Below the pieces are notes generated by a model. That model searched no databases and was not told the DNA's origin. It worked only from the letters and a program-made list of their open reading frames with translations. 42,584 nucleotides of DNA from Salinibacterium sp. (GTDB lineage Bacteria > Actinomycetota > Actinomycetes > Actinomycetales > Microbacteriaceae). Positions 33,158 to 40,900 of the stretch are shown here, one piece after another; position 1 is the stretch's first letter, and each line of letters begins with the position of its first letter. The DNA lies in the NCBI GenBank assembly GCA_025352485.1, contig JANXTJ010000261.1, positions 1-42,584 on the forward strand, read 5' to 3'. The translations under genes and the position numbers were made by a program.

Positions 33158-33282
33158 GACAGAGCGTCCATCTTGATTGTGCGCGAGGTGTTTGCGCGAA
33201 CCCCAGGGGCCCGGCGAGGTATCCGGCGGAGCGCGACTGTCAAGGCCCCGACGGGCGCGCCACCGCGTGCTAGTTTCGGCGA

Positions 33283-34338
33283 ATGAGCCGAATAGCGGCG
33301 GTCGCACCCGTACTGCCCGCGTTTTCATATACTCAGGCAGAGATCACCCGTGAGTTAGCGCCCCTGATCTCCTCGCAGCCGACTCGGCGCGCGGTGCTGG
33401 AGCGAATGCATGCCTCCAGCGGCATTTCGACCCGGCACACCGCCCTTCCGCTTGAGCGTTACCGCGAACTGGGCAGTTTTCGGCAGTCGAATGACATTTT
33501 CATCAAGGTGGCCGCGGAGCTGGCCGAGCGAGCACTGCGCGACGCCCTCGCGATCGCCCGTCTCGAGCCGCCGGATGTCGACTACATCATGTTCACCTCC
33601 GTCACGGGAATCTCTGCGCCCAGCATCGATGCCCTGCTGGTGTCACGGCTCGGTCTGCGTCCCGACGTGAAGCGCCTTCCGTCGTTCGGCCTCGGCTGCG
33701 TCGCGGGCGCGGCGGGGCTCGCGCGGGTCAATGACTACCTGGTCGGGCATCCGCGAGAAGTTGGCGTGCTGCTGAGCGTTGAGCTGTGCTCGCTGACGCT
33801 CCAGCGCGATGACGGGACGATGGCAAACTTCGTCGCGACCGGGCTGTTCGGCGACGGCGCAGCGGCCGTGGTGCTCGTCGGCGACGAGCGCGGCGAGCCG
33901 GGCATCCGCATCGTTGACACCCGCAGCTCATTCTTTCCCGACACGCGTGAGGTGATCGGCTGGAACGTCGGCGGCTCCGGGTTCGAGATTGTGCTGACCG
34001 CGGGGGTGGCGGACGTCATCGAAAAACACTTCCCGCACGAGGTGGCCGCGTTCTTAGCAGATCACGGGTTGGCGATTTCGGATGTCGCGGCCTGGGTCGC
34101 CCACCCGGGCGGGCCGCGCGTGCTCGACGCCTTCGAGCACGCGCTCGGCGTTCCCCGCAGCGCGTTCGAGAAGTCATGGGCGTCACTGGACAGGGTTGGC
34201 AACCTCTCCTCCTCCGCCGTGTTGCATGTGCTGGCTGACACCATCGCGGCGGGCGGCCGAACCGCGGGCGATACGGGCCTGCTTTTCGCGCTCGGCCCCG
34301 GCGTGAGCGCCGAATTCGTGCTGCTGGAGTGGATGTGA
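33283..34338 (+). CDS. Type III polyketide synthase (SrsA/BpsA-like)
   Basis: Cys-His-Asn triad: GLGCVAG, HPGGPRV, GNLSS; also VELCSL, LFGDGAAA, GPG. Confidence 0.93.
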   Translation: MSRIAAVAPVLPAFSYTQAEITRELAPLISSQPTRRAVLERMHASSGISTRHTALPLERYRELGSFRQSNDIFIKVAAELAERALRDALAIARLEPPDVDYIMFTSVTGISAPSIDALLVSRLGLRPDVKRLPSFGLGCVAGAAGLARVNDYLVGHPREVGVLLSVELCSLTLQRDDGTMANFVATGLFGDGAAAVVLVGDERGEPGIRIVDTRSSFFPDTREVIGWNVGGSGFEIVLTAGVADVIEKHFPHEVAAFLADHGLAISDVAAWVAHPGGPRVLDAFEHALGVPRSAFEKSWASLDRVGNLSSSAVLHVLADTIAAGGRTAGDTGLLFALGPGVSAEFVLLEWM

Positions 34339-34868
34339 GCCTGTCGGTCACCCTCTACGTCTGCCTGATTTTGGCGACGGGATTCGAACGCCTGAGCGAA
34401 CTCGCGATCTCGAAACAACACGCGGCCGCCGCGTTTGCGCGCGGTGGGAAAGAGTACGGCCGGGCGCACTTCCCGTGGATGGTCGCGCTGCACACCGGGC
34501 TGCTGCTGGCCTGCATTGTCGAAGTGGTCGTCGTCGGCCGGCCCTTTATCCCGCTGCTCGGGTGGCCGATGCTTGCCCTAGCACTGCTGGCGCAGTTGGG
34601 GAGGGCGTGGATTATCCGCTCGCTGGGCAGCCAGTGGAACACGCGTGTGATCGTTGTGCCGGGGGCGAAACGGGTGGTGCGGCGCGGGCCATACCGGTGG
34701 CGGCGACTGCCGCATCCCAACTACCTTCTGGTGGCGATCGAGGGAATCGCGCTGCCGCTCGTGCACACCGCATGGGTGACGGCGATCACCTTCACTGTGC
34801 TCAACGCGGTGTTGCTGCTCGGCTTTCGCATCCCCGTCGAAAATCGTGCCTTGAAAGAGCTGACGTGA
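34335..34868 (+). CDS. Isoprenylcysteine carboxyl methyltransferase-family protein (SrsB/BpsB-like O-methyltransferase)
   Basis: ERLSEL, GKEYG, LGSQWNTRVIVVPG, GPYRW..HPNY, RIPVEN; GTGA overlap with the PKS. Confidence 0.88.
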   Translation: MSLSVTLYVCLILATGFERLSELAISKQHAAAAFARGGKEYGRAHFPWMVALHTGLLLACIVEVVVVGRPFIPLLGWPMLALALLAQLGRAWIIRSLGSQWNTRVIVVPGAKRVVRRGPYRWRRLPHPNYLLVAIEGIALPLVHTAWVTAITFTVLNAVLLLGFRIPVENRALKELT

Positions 34869-35890
34869 CATCCGATGTTGATGTGGTGGTCGTCGGTGGC
34901 GGCCCGGTCGGGCTGAGTGCCGCGATCGAGGCGCGCTTGGCCGGGCTCACCGTCGCGATCGTCGAACCTCGTGCTTGCGCGATCGACAAGGCCTGCGGCG
35001 AGGGCCTCATGCCGGGCGCGGTGCCGCTGTTAGCGCGCCTCGGGGTCGATCCGGCGGGGATGCCGCTGCGCGGGGTCAGCTACAACAGCGCCGACCGGCG
35101 GGTCGACCATCTCTTCCGCAGCGGTGCCGGGCGCGGGGTTCGTCGCACGACGCTGCACGACTCGCTGAGCGATCGCGCGCGGGAGCTGGGTGTGGAGCGT
35201 GCCGTCGGCCGCGTGGAGTCGTTTCACCAGGATGCCGACGGGGTCACCGTCAACGGCATCAGGGCAGGTTGGCTGTTCGGTGCCGACGGGCTGCACTCGA
35301 CGGTGCGCCGCCTGGCCGGCCTCGAACGCCCGATGAGCGGGCGAAGACGGTTCGGCCTGCGCCAGCACTTCAGGGTTCAGCCATGGAGCGACCTCATCGA
35401 AGTTCATTGGGCGCGGCACGCGGAGGTCTACGTCACCCCGATCGCGGATGACCTCGTTGGCGTCGCGATTCTGGGCGGGGCCAGAACGGATTTCGACGAG
35501 ACGATCGCGGGGATCGCGCCACTTGCCGCTTGCCTCGGCCCTGCCATGGCGGCCAGCAACAGGCGCGGCGCTGGCCCCTTTCGCCAGCGGGCGGCTCGGC
35601 CGTCATGGGGGCGGGTATTGCTGGTCGGCGACGCATCCGGCTATGTCGACGCGATCACCGGGGAGGGGCTGCGGCTGGGGTTTGAGCAGGCCCGCCTCGC
35701 CGTCGAGGCAGTACTCGGTGGGGATCCCTCCCGTTACGACGCGGCATGGAAGCGGAGCACCCGCGACTTCCGCGCCCTCACGGGTGGTCTCGTGACCGCA
35801 GCGACCAGCCCCCTGCGCGGCGCAATCGTGCCACTGGCAGCGACCCTGCCGAACCTTTTTGGCACAGTGGTGGAGCGGCTCGCGCGTTAG
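34865..35890 (+). CDS. FAD-dependent oxidoreductase/monooxygenase (SrsC-like)
   Basis: VVVVGGGPVG, DKACGEG, GADGLHS, LVGDASGYVDAITGEG; GTGA overlap. Confidence 0.88.
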   Translation: MTSDVDVVVVGGGPVGLSAAIEARLAGLTVAIVEPRACAIDKACGEGLMPGAVPLLARLGVDPAGMPLRGVSYNSADRRVDHLFRSGAGRGVRRTTLHDSLSDRARELGVERAVGRVESFHQDADGVTVNGIRAGWLFGADGLHSTVRRLAGLERPMSGRRRFGLRQHFRVQPWSDLIEVHWARHAEVYVTPIADDLVGVAILGGARTDFDETIAGIAPLAACLGPAMAASNRRGAGPFRQRAARPSWGRVLLVGDASGYVDAITGEGLRLGFEQARLAVEAVLGGDPSRYDAAWKRSTRDFRALTGGLVTAATSPLRGAIVPLAATLPNLFGTVVERLAR

Positions 35891-36334
35891 TTACCGGGCG
35901 GATGCCGCGAGCAGCAGGGTGAGCCCGTCGCGAATGCCCTCGAGCGTGCCCCCGTCGAGCCCCAGCCGTTGAACGATCTGCGCGGGGACCTTCTCGGCAG
36001 CGCCGCGCAGAGCCAGCCCCGCCGGTGTCAGCGCGACGTCGAGAGCACGGTCATCCCGCGCATTGCGCGTCCGGGTGAGCATTCCGGCGGCCTCGAGCCG
36101 CTTGAGTAGCGGCGAGAGCGTTGCGGGCTCGAGGTGCAGCGCCTCGCCGATGTCCTTGACCGTTCGTGGGCTGCGCTCCCACAGCGCGAGCACCACCAGG
36201 TATTGCGGGTGGGTGAGGCCCATCGGCTCGAGCACCGCCCGATACAGGCCGATCACACTGCGCGATGCCGCCGCAAGCGCGAAGCAGACCTGCCGGTCGA
36301 GCGCGAGGGGGTCGGCAGGCAAGGCGGGGGACAT
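35891..36334 (-). CDS. MarR family regulator, OhrR-like
   Basis: LDRQVCFAL (Cys at the OhrR sensing position), LTHPQYLV, TLSPLLKRLE, R-x-D-D-R wing. Confidence 0.9.
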   Translation of the reverse strand: MSPALPADPLALDRQVCFALAAASRSVIGLYRAVLEPMGLTHPQYLVVLALWERSPRTVKDIGEALHLEPATLSPLLKRLEAAGMLTRTRNARDDRALDVALTPAGLALRGAAEKVPAQIVQRLGLDGGTLEGIRDGLTLLLAASAR

Positions 36335-36338
36335 TTAG

Positions 36339-36350
36339 TTAGTATACTAA
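36339..36350. promoter_or_regulatory. Palindromic bidirectional -10 / probable MarR operator
   Basis: Perfect palindrome TTAGTATACTAA carries TATACT on both strands, 6 and 8 nt from the two divergent start codons. Confidence 0.7.
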
Positions 36351-36356
36351 TCATTT

Positions 36357-36581
36357 GTGTCCACAGTAAAACGCCTTCGTTGGTGGGAACGACTCAACAA
36401 GACCTTTTTCCCCTACCTCGGGCCGGCCCAGCTCGGCCCCTATGGCGAGGCGCCCCTGCCGCCCGTTTCGGAGAAGGCCTGCCCGCTGTGCGGCCGGCGG
36501 ATGGCGCTGCACAGGTTCGAGCGCAGCCAAGATCACACGGCGACCCGCATGCACTGCCCGGCGCCCGTTCCTGGGCGGTAG
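36357..36581 (+). CDS. Small hypothetical protein with CxxC...H...HC putative metal-binding motif
   Basis: 74 aa, YLGPAQLGPY, CPLCG-x5-H-x13-HCP; divergent from marR. Confidence 0.7.
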   Translation: MSTVKRLRWWERLNKTFFPYLGPAQLGPYGEAPLPPVSEKACPLCGRRMALHRFERSQDHTATRMHCPAPVPGR

Positions 36582-36626
36582 CGCTCGCCGCAAGCGAAGG
36601 AATAAGCCGGGCGAAACGCCGCGGCC

Positions 36627-37289
36627 CTAGGTGAGCGAGAACAACAGCGCGTCGAGCTCGTGAGCATCGTTCGCCACGCCGATAGCGCCGGCCTCCTCCG
36701 CCGGGGAACCGTATCCCCAGCGCACAAAGATCGTCGGCACGTTGTGCTCGGCGGCCCCCTCGACGTCGTGCGAGCGATCCCCCACCAGTACGGGGCGCGA
36801 GAGGTCGGCGCCGAAAGCGGTGAGCCGGATGAGGGCTTCGGCCACGACATCCGCCTTGGCGCTGCGCACCTCGTCGTCGGAGGCGCCGGTGACCACGTCG
36901 AAATATTTCAGCAGGTCGTAGTGCTCGAGGATCAGCCGCGCGGGCTTCTCGGGCTTCGAGGTCGCCAGCGAGAGCGGGACGCCGCTGTCGTGAATGCGGC
37001 GCAGAATCTCGGCGACCCCCGGGTAGACGGTCGCGTCAAAAACACCGGAGCGAAGATACTGCGGTCGGTAGATGTCGAGGGCATGTTCGGCCTGCTCGGC
37101 CGTGAGGCCCCCCCGGTCACGAAACGAGTCGAGCAGCGGCGGCCCGACAAAGGCAATGAGCTCGGCCGGCGACGGGATCGGCAGCCCGAGCGTCTCGAAG
37201 GTGTAGGCGAGAGTTGCGGTGATGCCGGGGGCCGAATCCATGATCGTGCCGTCGAGATCGAACAGAATGCTACTGAATCGAGAGGTCAT
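36627..37289 (-). CDS. HAD-superfamily hydrolase (phosphoglycolate phosphatase-like)
   Basis: FDLDGT, ATSK, K, VGDRSHDVEGA. Confidence 0.92.
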   Translation of the reverse strand: MTSRFSSILFDLDGTIMDSAPGITATLAYTFETLGLPIPSPAELIAFVGPPLLDSFRDRGGLTAEQAEHALDIYRPQYLRSGVFDATVYPGVAEILRRIHDSGVPLSLATSKPEKPARLILEHYDLLKYFDVVTGASDDEVRSAKADVVAEALIRLTAFGADLSRPVLVGDRSHDVEGAAEHNVPTIFVRWGYGSPAEEAGAIGVANDAHELDALLFSLT

Positions 37290-37373
37290 TGTGTTCCCAG
37301 CGTAGGTGGGCACGGCTGAGCGAAAGACCCTCAGCACTAGCGGTGGCCCGCGCCAGAAGCGATCTGTGGCGAC

Positions 37374-38069
37374 CTAGAACAGGCGAGAGTGCGAGTCGTC
37401 GAGCCCACGCATCGAGTCATAGTCGAGCAGCAGACAGCGGATGCCGCGGTCCTGTGCGAGCGTGCGCGCCTGTGGCTTGATTTCTTGCGCCGCGAATACG
37501 CCGCTGACCGGCGCGAGCAGCGGATCCCGGTTCATCAGTTCGAGGTAGCGGGTGAGCTGTTCGACACCGTCGATGTCGCCGCGGCGTTTAATTTCGACGG
37601 CGACGCTGGCACCGCTGGCGTCGGTGGCGAGAATGTCGACGGGTCCAATCGCCGTCATGTATTCCCGCCGCACGAGCCGGTGGCCCTCACCCAACAGCTC
37701 GATGTGCTCGGCCAACAATTTCTGCAGGTGGGCCTCGACTCCATCCTTCTGCAGCCCGGGGTCGATGCCGAGATCGTGCGAACTGTCGTGCAGGATCTCG
37801 TGGATTGAGATGACCAGGAGGTCGGCCGTCTTCGCCTGAGCGACCTTCCAGATCTGGCTCACCCCGGCATCCCGCTGCTCGGATTCTGGCTCGAGGAGCG
37901 CGAGCGTGCACGGTGGGCTCATCCAGTTCAGCGGCTTATAGGAGAGCGAGTCGGAATGCACCAGCACGCTGCCGTCTGATTTGACGACAAGGAGTCTGGT
38001 GGCCAGCGGCAGATGCGCCGAGAGTCGCCCCGCGTATTCAACGGAGCATTTCGCGATGACTAGGCGCAC
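37374..38069 (-). CDS. nucS: Mismatch-specific endonuclease NucS/EndoMS
   Basis: [38 protein letters not shown]...EIKR, QLTRY; C-terminal RLF clamp-binding-type tail. Confidence 0.96.
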   Translation of the reverse strand: MRLVIAKCSVEYAGRLSAHLPLATRLLVVKSDGSVLVHSDSLSYKPLNWMSPPCTLALLEPESEQRDAGVSQIWKVAQAKTADLLVISIHEILHDSSHDLGIDPGLQKDGVEAHLQKLLAEHIELLGEGHRLVRREYMTAIGPVDILATDASGASVAVEIKRRGDIDGVEQLTRYLELMNRDPLLAPVSGVFAAQEIKPQARTLAQDRGIRCLLLDYDSMRGLDDSHSRLF

Positions 38070-38079
38070 GCGCTCGAGT

Positions 38080-39366
38080 CTAGGCGGGGCTCAGCGGCTC
38101 GCCGTCTCTTGCGCCGCCACCCTCTGGCACCGCGGCGGCCGGTTCGCGAGCCGCTCCCGCGACGAGCGCGCCGAGGCCAGCCAGCACGAGCACGAGCAGC
38201 AGGCCGTGGATGACCCCCACGTGCTGGCCGATGAGCCCGATGACGGGCGGGCCGACCAGGAAGGCGAAGTAGCCGATCGTGGCCACGGCGCTGACACGCG
38301 CGGCGGCCGTCTTGGGATCGTCGGCAGCCGCGGACATTCCCACCGGAAAGCCCAGGGCTGCGCCCAGCCCCCACAGCACCGCGCCGGCGATGGCGATCGG
38401 AACCACCGGAACGAAGATGAAGATGATCAACCCGATCGCGACGAGCAGGAAGGAGCCGCGCAGAACCGCCACCCGACCAAAGCGGTCGAGGAGAAAGACG
38501 CCGCCGAGCCGGCCCGCGGTCATGGCGGTCACGAAGATGCCGAACACGAGGGCGCCGGTGGCATTACTCACCCCGTGGCCATCGACGGATGCGATCGCCA
38601 GCCAGTCATTCGCCGAGCCCTCAGAGAAGGCCGCAGCTAGCACCAGCACCCCGATCAGCAGAGTGCGCCGGTCACGCCAGATGCCGAGCCGCCCGCGCCA
38701 GGTGCGCGAGATGTCATCGTGGGCGATCGGTTCACCGGATTCCTCGATGACGTGCTCCGATTGCACAAACCTGCGCACCAGAAGCATCGCCGCGACCATG
38801 GCCACCGCGACCAGAGCGAGGTGGATCACGATGGGCAGGTGCGTCAGCTCTGCCAGCGCGCCGAGCCCGGCACCGAGCATCGTGCCGAAGCTGAAGAAGG
38901 CGTGGAAGACCGGCATGACCGACCGACCGAGCGCGCGTTCGTTGGCGGCACCAGAGACATTCATCGCGACGTCGGTGATGCCGGAAGCGGCACCGAACAC
39001 CAGTAGCCCGGCAAAGGTGAGGGCGAAACTGGGGCCAACGGTGACACCGATTCCCGCGGCGGCGACACCGATCGCCGTCGCGAGAATCCCCCAGCTGAAG
39101 GCGGCGCGGGCGCCGAACCGCGCCACGATGTGACTCGACGCGAGAAGGCCGAGGATCGACCCTGCCGCGATCCCGAACACCAGAAGGCCGACCTGCGCTG
39201 GGCCCAGGTGCAGGATGTCGCGAACCGCGGGAAGGCGGGATACCCAGCTCGCTAGCGCAAGGCCGGGCAGCGCAAAGATGATGAAGATCGCGTTTCGCCA
39301 GGCGACGACCTGCGCACGAGACAGGGGCTGGGCTGGCCCGGTTGGGGCGCTGAAGGGCGTGGTCAT
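38080..39366 (-). CDS. MFS transporter
   Basis: About 12 TM helices, [32 protein letters not shown]. Confidence 0.92.
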   Translation of the reverse strand: MTTPFSAPTGPAQPLSRAQVVAWRNAIFIIFALPGLALASWVSRLPAVRDILHLGPAQVGLLVFGIAAGSILGLLASSHIVARFGARAAFSWGILATAIGVAAAGIGVTVGPSFALTFAGLLVFGAASGITDVAMNVSGAANERALGRSVMPVFHAFFSFGTMLGAGLGALAELTHLPIVIHLALVAVAMVAAMLLVRRFVQSEHVIEESGEPIAHDDISRTWRGRLGIWRDRRTLLIGVLVLAAAFSEGSANDWLAIASVDGHGVSNATGALVFGIFVTAMTAGRLGGVFLLDRFGRVAVLRGSFLLVAIGLIIFIFVPVVPIAIAGAVLWGLGAALGFPVGMSAAADDPKTAAARVSAVATIGYFAFLVGPPVIGLIGQHVGVIHGLLLVLVLAGLGALVAGAAREPAAAVPEGGGARDGEPLSPA

Positions 39367-39437
39367 CGGTTCCTCGTGAACGGTATGGCGGATCTGGCGC
39401 GCTGAATGATCTGGCGGAGAGGGCGGATCGGAGATCC

Positions 39438-39451
39438 TCGAATCGATTCGA
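39438..39451. promoter_or_regulatory. Probable LacI-family operator
   Basis: Perfect palindrome TCGAATCGATTCGA with central CG between the divergent MFS and LacI genes. Confidence 0.65.
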
Positions 39452-39480
39452 TCGATTCGATTCGACTAAGCTACCAAGCC

Positions 39481-40557
39481 ATGAGGGTCGAAGCAAGTGC
39501 AGCCAGCGAGAGGCCTGTGCCCGCCCGGCCGAACCTGGCCGCCGTCGCGGCGCTGGCCGGAGTGTCAGCCTCCACGGCATCCCTCGCCTTCAGCGGCGCT
39601 GGCCCCGTCTCCGAGCCCACACGGGCAAAGGTTTTTGCCGCTGCCGAGGCCCTCAACTATGCCGGCCCCGACCCCAGGGCGCAGTCGCTGCGGCGCGGTC
39701 GCTCCGGCATCATCGGCGTCGTCATCGACGATCGACTGCGCGATGCGTTCCGTGACCCCGCCAACATCTCCATGCTCGACGGCCTCGCCGATGAGCTGGG
39801 TGGCGCTGGCCTCGCCATGCTGCTGCTGACCGACACCGGCGAGGGGGCAGCCGGAATCTCGCTTGCGCCGATGGACGCCGTCGTATTGGTGGGTTGCAGC
39901 ACGGAGCTGCACAGTTCGGTGAAAATTTTCCGCCAGCGCGGCATCCCGGTCATTGCAATCGAGGCAGAGCACATGCCAGACGTCTTCCCCATCGACCTCG
40001 ATAATCGGGATGCCACGGCGCTCGGCGCGCGTCACCTCAAGCAGCTCGGCCACGAGAACGTTGCCGTCGTATCACTTCCGCTGGAGAGCTCGCACGCTCG
40101 CGGGCCGCTCACGCGTGAGCGCGAAGCCGCGAGTGGTTCGTTCACCGCGCGCCAGCGCATTCTCGGCGCCCGCGACGTGTACCCGAACCTGGTCGGAGTT
40201 GCCAGCGCCGGAAGTTTCATCGAGGAAGGGTTGATCGCCGGACGGGCTTTGTTAGCGGCCACCCCCCGACCAACGGCGATTATTGCCCAGAGCGACCTGT
40301 TGGCGGTCGGGGTGATTCGTGCCGCCGCGGAGCTGGGGATCGCGGTTCCGGCTGATCTGAGTGTGCTGGGCTTCGACGGGGTGAGCGTGGAGGGGGTTGC
40401 GCCGCTCGAGTTGACCACGCTCGTGCAGCCATCGGTCGAGAAGGGCCGGGCCGCCGGCCGTGCGGCCATCGCGCTGCTCGACGGCGGGGAACCTGATCCG
40501 ATCGCTTTCGTCTGCGTATTGCGGATGGGAAATTCCACCGGCCCGGTCAATTCATAA
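39481..40557 (+). CDS. LacI family transcriptional regulator
   Basis: LAAVAALAGVSASTAS HTH, AQSLRRGRS hinge, SDLLAVG, VPADLSVLGFDG. Confidence 0.93.
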   Translation: MRVEASAASERPVPARPNLAAVAALAGVSASTASLAFSGAGPVSEPTRAKVFAAAEALNYAGPDPRAQSLRRGRSGIIGVVIDDRLRDAFRDPANISMLDGLADELGGAGLAMLLLTDTGEGAAGISLAPMDAVVLVGCSTELHSSVKIFRQRGIPVIAIEAEHMPDVFPIDLDNRDATALGARHLKQLGHENVAVVSLPLESSHARGPLTREREAASGSFTARQRILGARDVYPNLVGVASAGSFIEEGLIAGRALLAATPRPTAIIAQSDLLAVGVIRAAAELGIAVPADLSVLGFDGVSVEGVAPLELTTLVQPSVEKGRAAGRAAIALLDGGEPDPIAFVCVLRMGNSTGPVNS

Positions 40558-40589
40558 GATTCACAAATCAGTGAATTAGGCGTAGCGTT

Positions 40590-40850
40590 CTGGGCGTCCA
40601 CCGTCATCGCATTGCCGGAACGCGGCGCTACAGCTACGAGCTGCCCGCGCAGGTGTGGTGCACGATCTCGCTGCGGCAGGCCGACCTGTACCCGAGGCGT
40701 GCGTTTCTGGCCGAGGCAGCGTTTCCCGGCCTTGGCCCGCGCGGCGCCGAGCGCGTGAAAGAGATGGCCGACTTCCTGCGCTTTCTCGAACGACGGATGC
40801 CCGAGCCGCTTCAGGAGTGGACCGCGCTGCAGGCTCCTCGGCAGCCCTGA
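40590..40850 (+). pseudogene. 5'-truncated GbsR/MarR-type regulator remnant
   Basis: In-frame LGVHRHRIAGTRRYSYELPAQVW...ERVKEMADFLRFLERRMPEPLQEW resembles the wing and C-terminal helices of this family; in-frame TGA at 40572, no HTH, no upstream start. Confidence 0.6.
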
Positions 40851-40900
40851 ATTGATAACCGGAGGCCAGTTGGACAGTCGCGCGAACTAGGCTGGCCCGC

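Noticed and set aside
34475-34864. Apparent N-terminal extension or fusion on the FAD oxidoreductase
   Set aside because: Alternate frame of the methyltransferase gene; the Rossmann motif begins right after GTG 34865.
37308-37350. Hairpin GCTGAG...CTCAGC upstream of the HAD gene as a possible riboswitch or ribozyme
   Set aside because: Too short and lacks the conserved cores of TPP riboswitches or hammerheads; may be a simple terminator-like stem.
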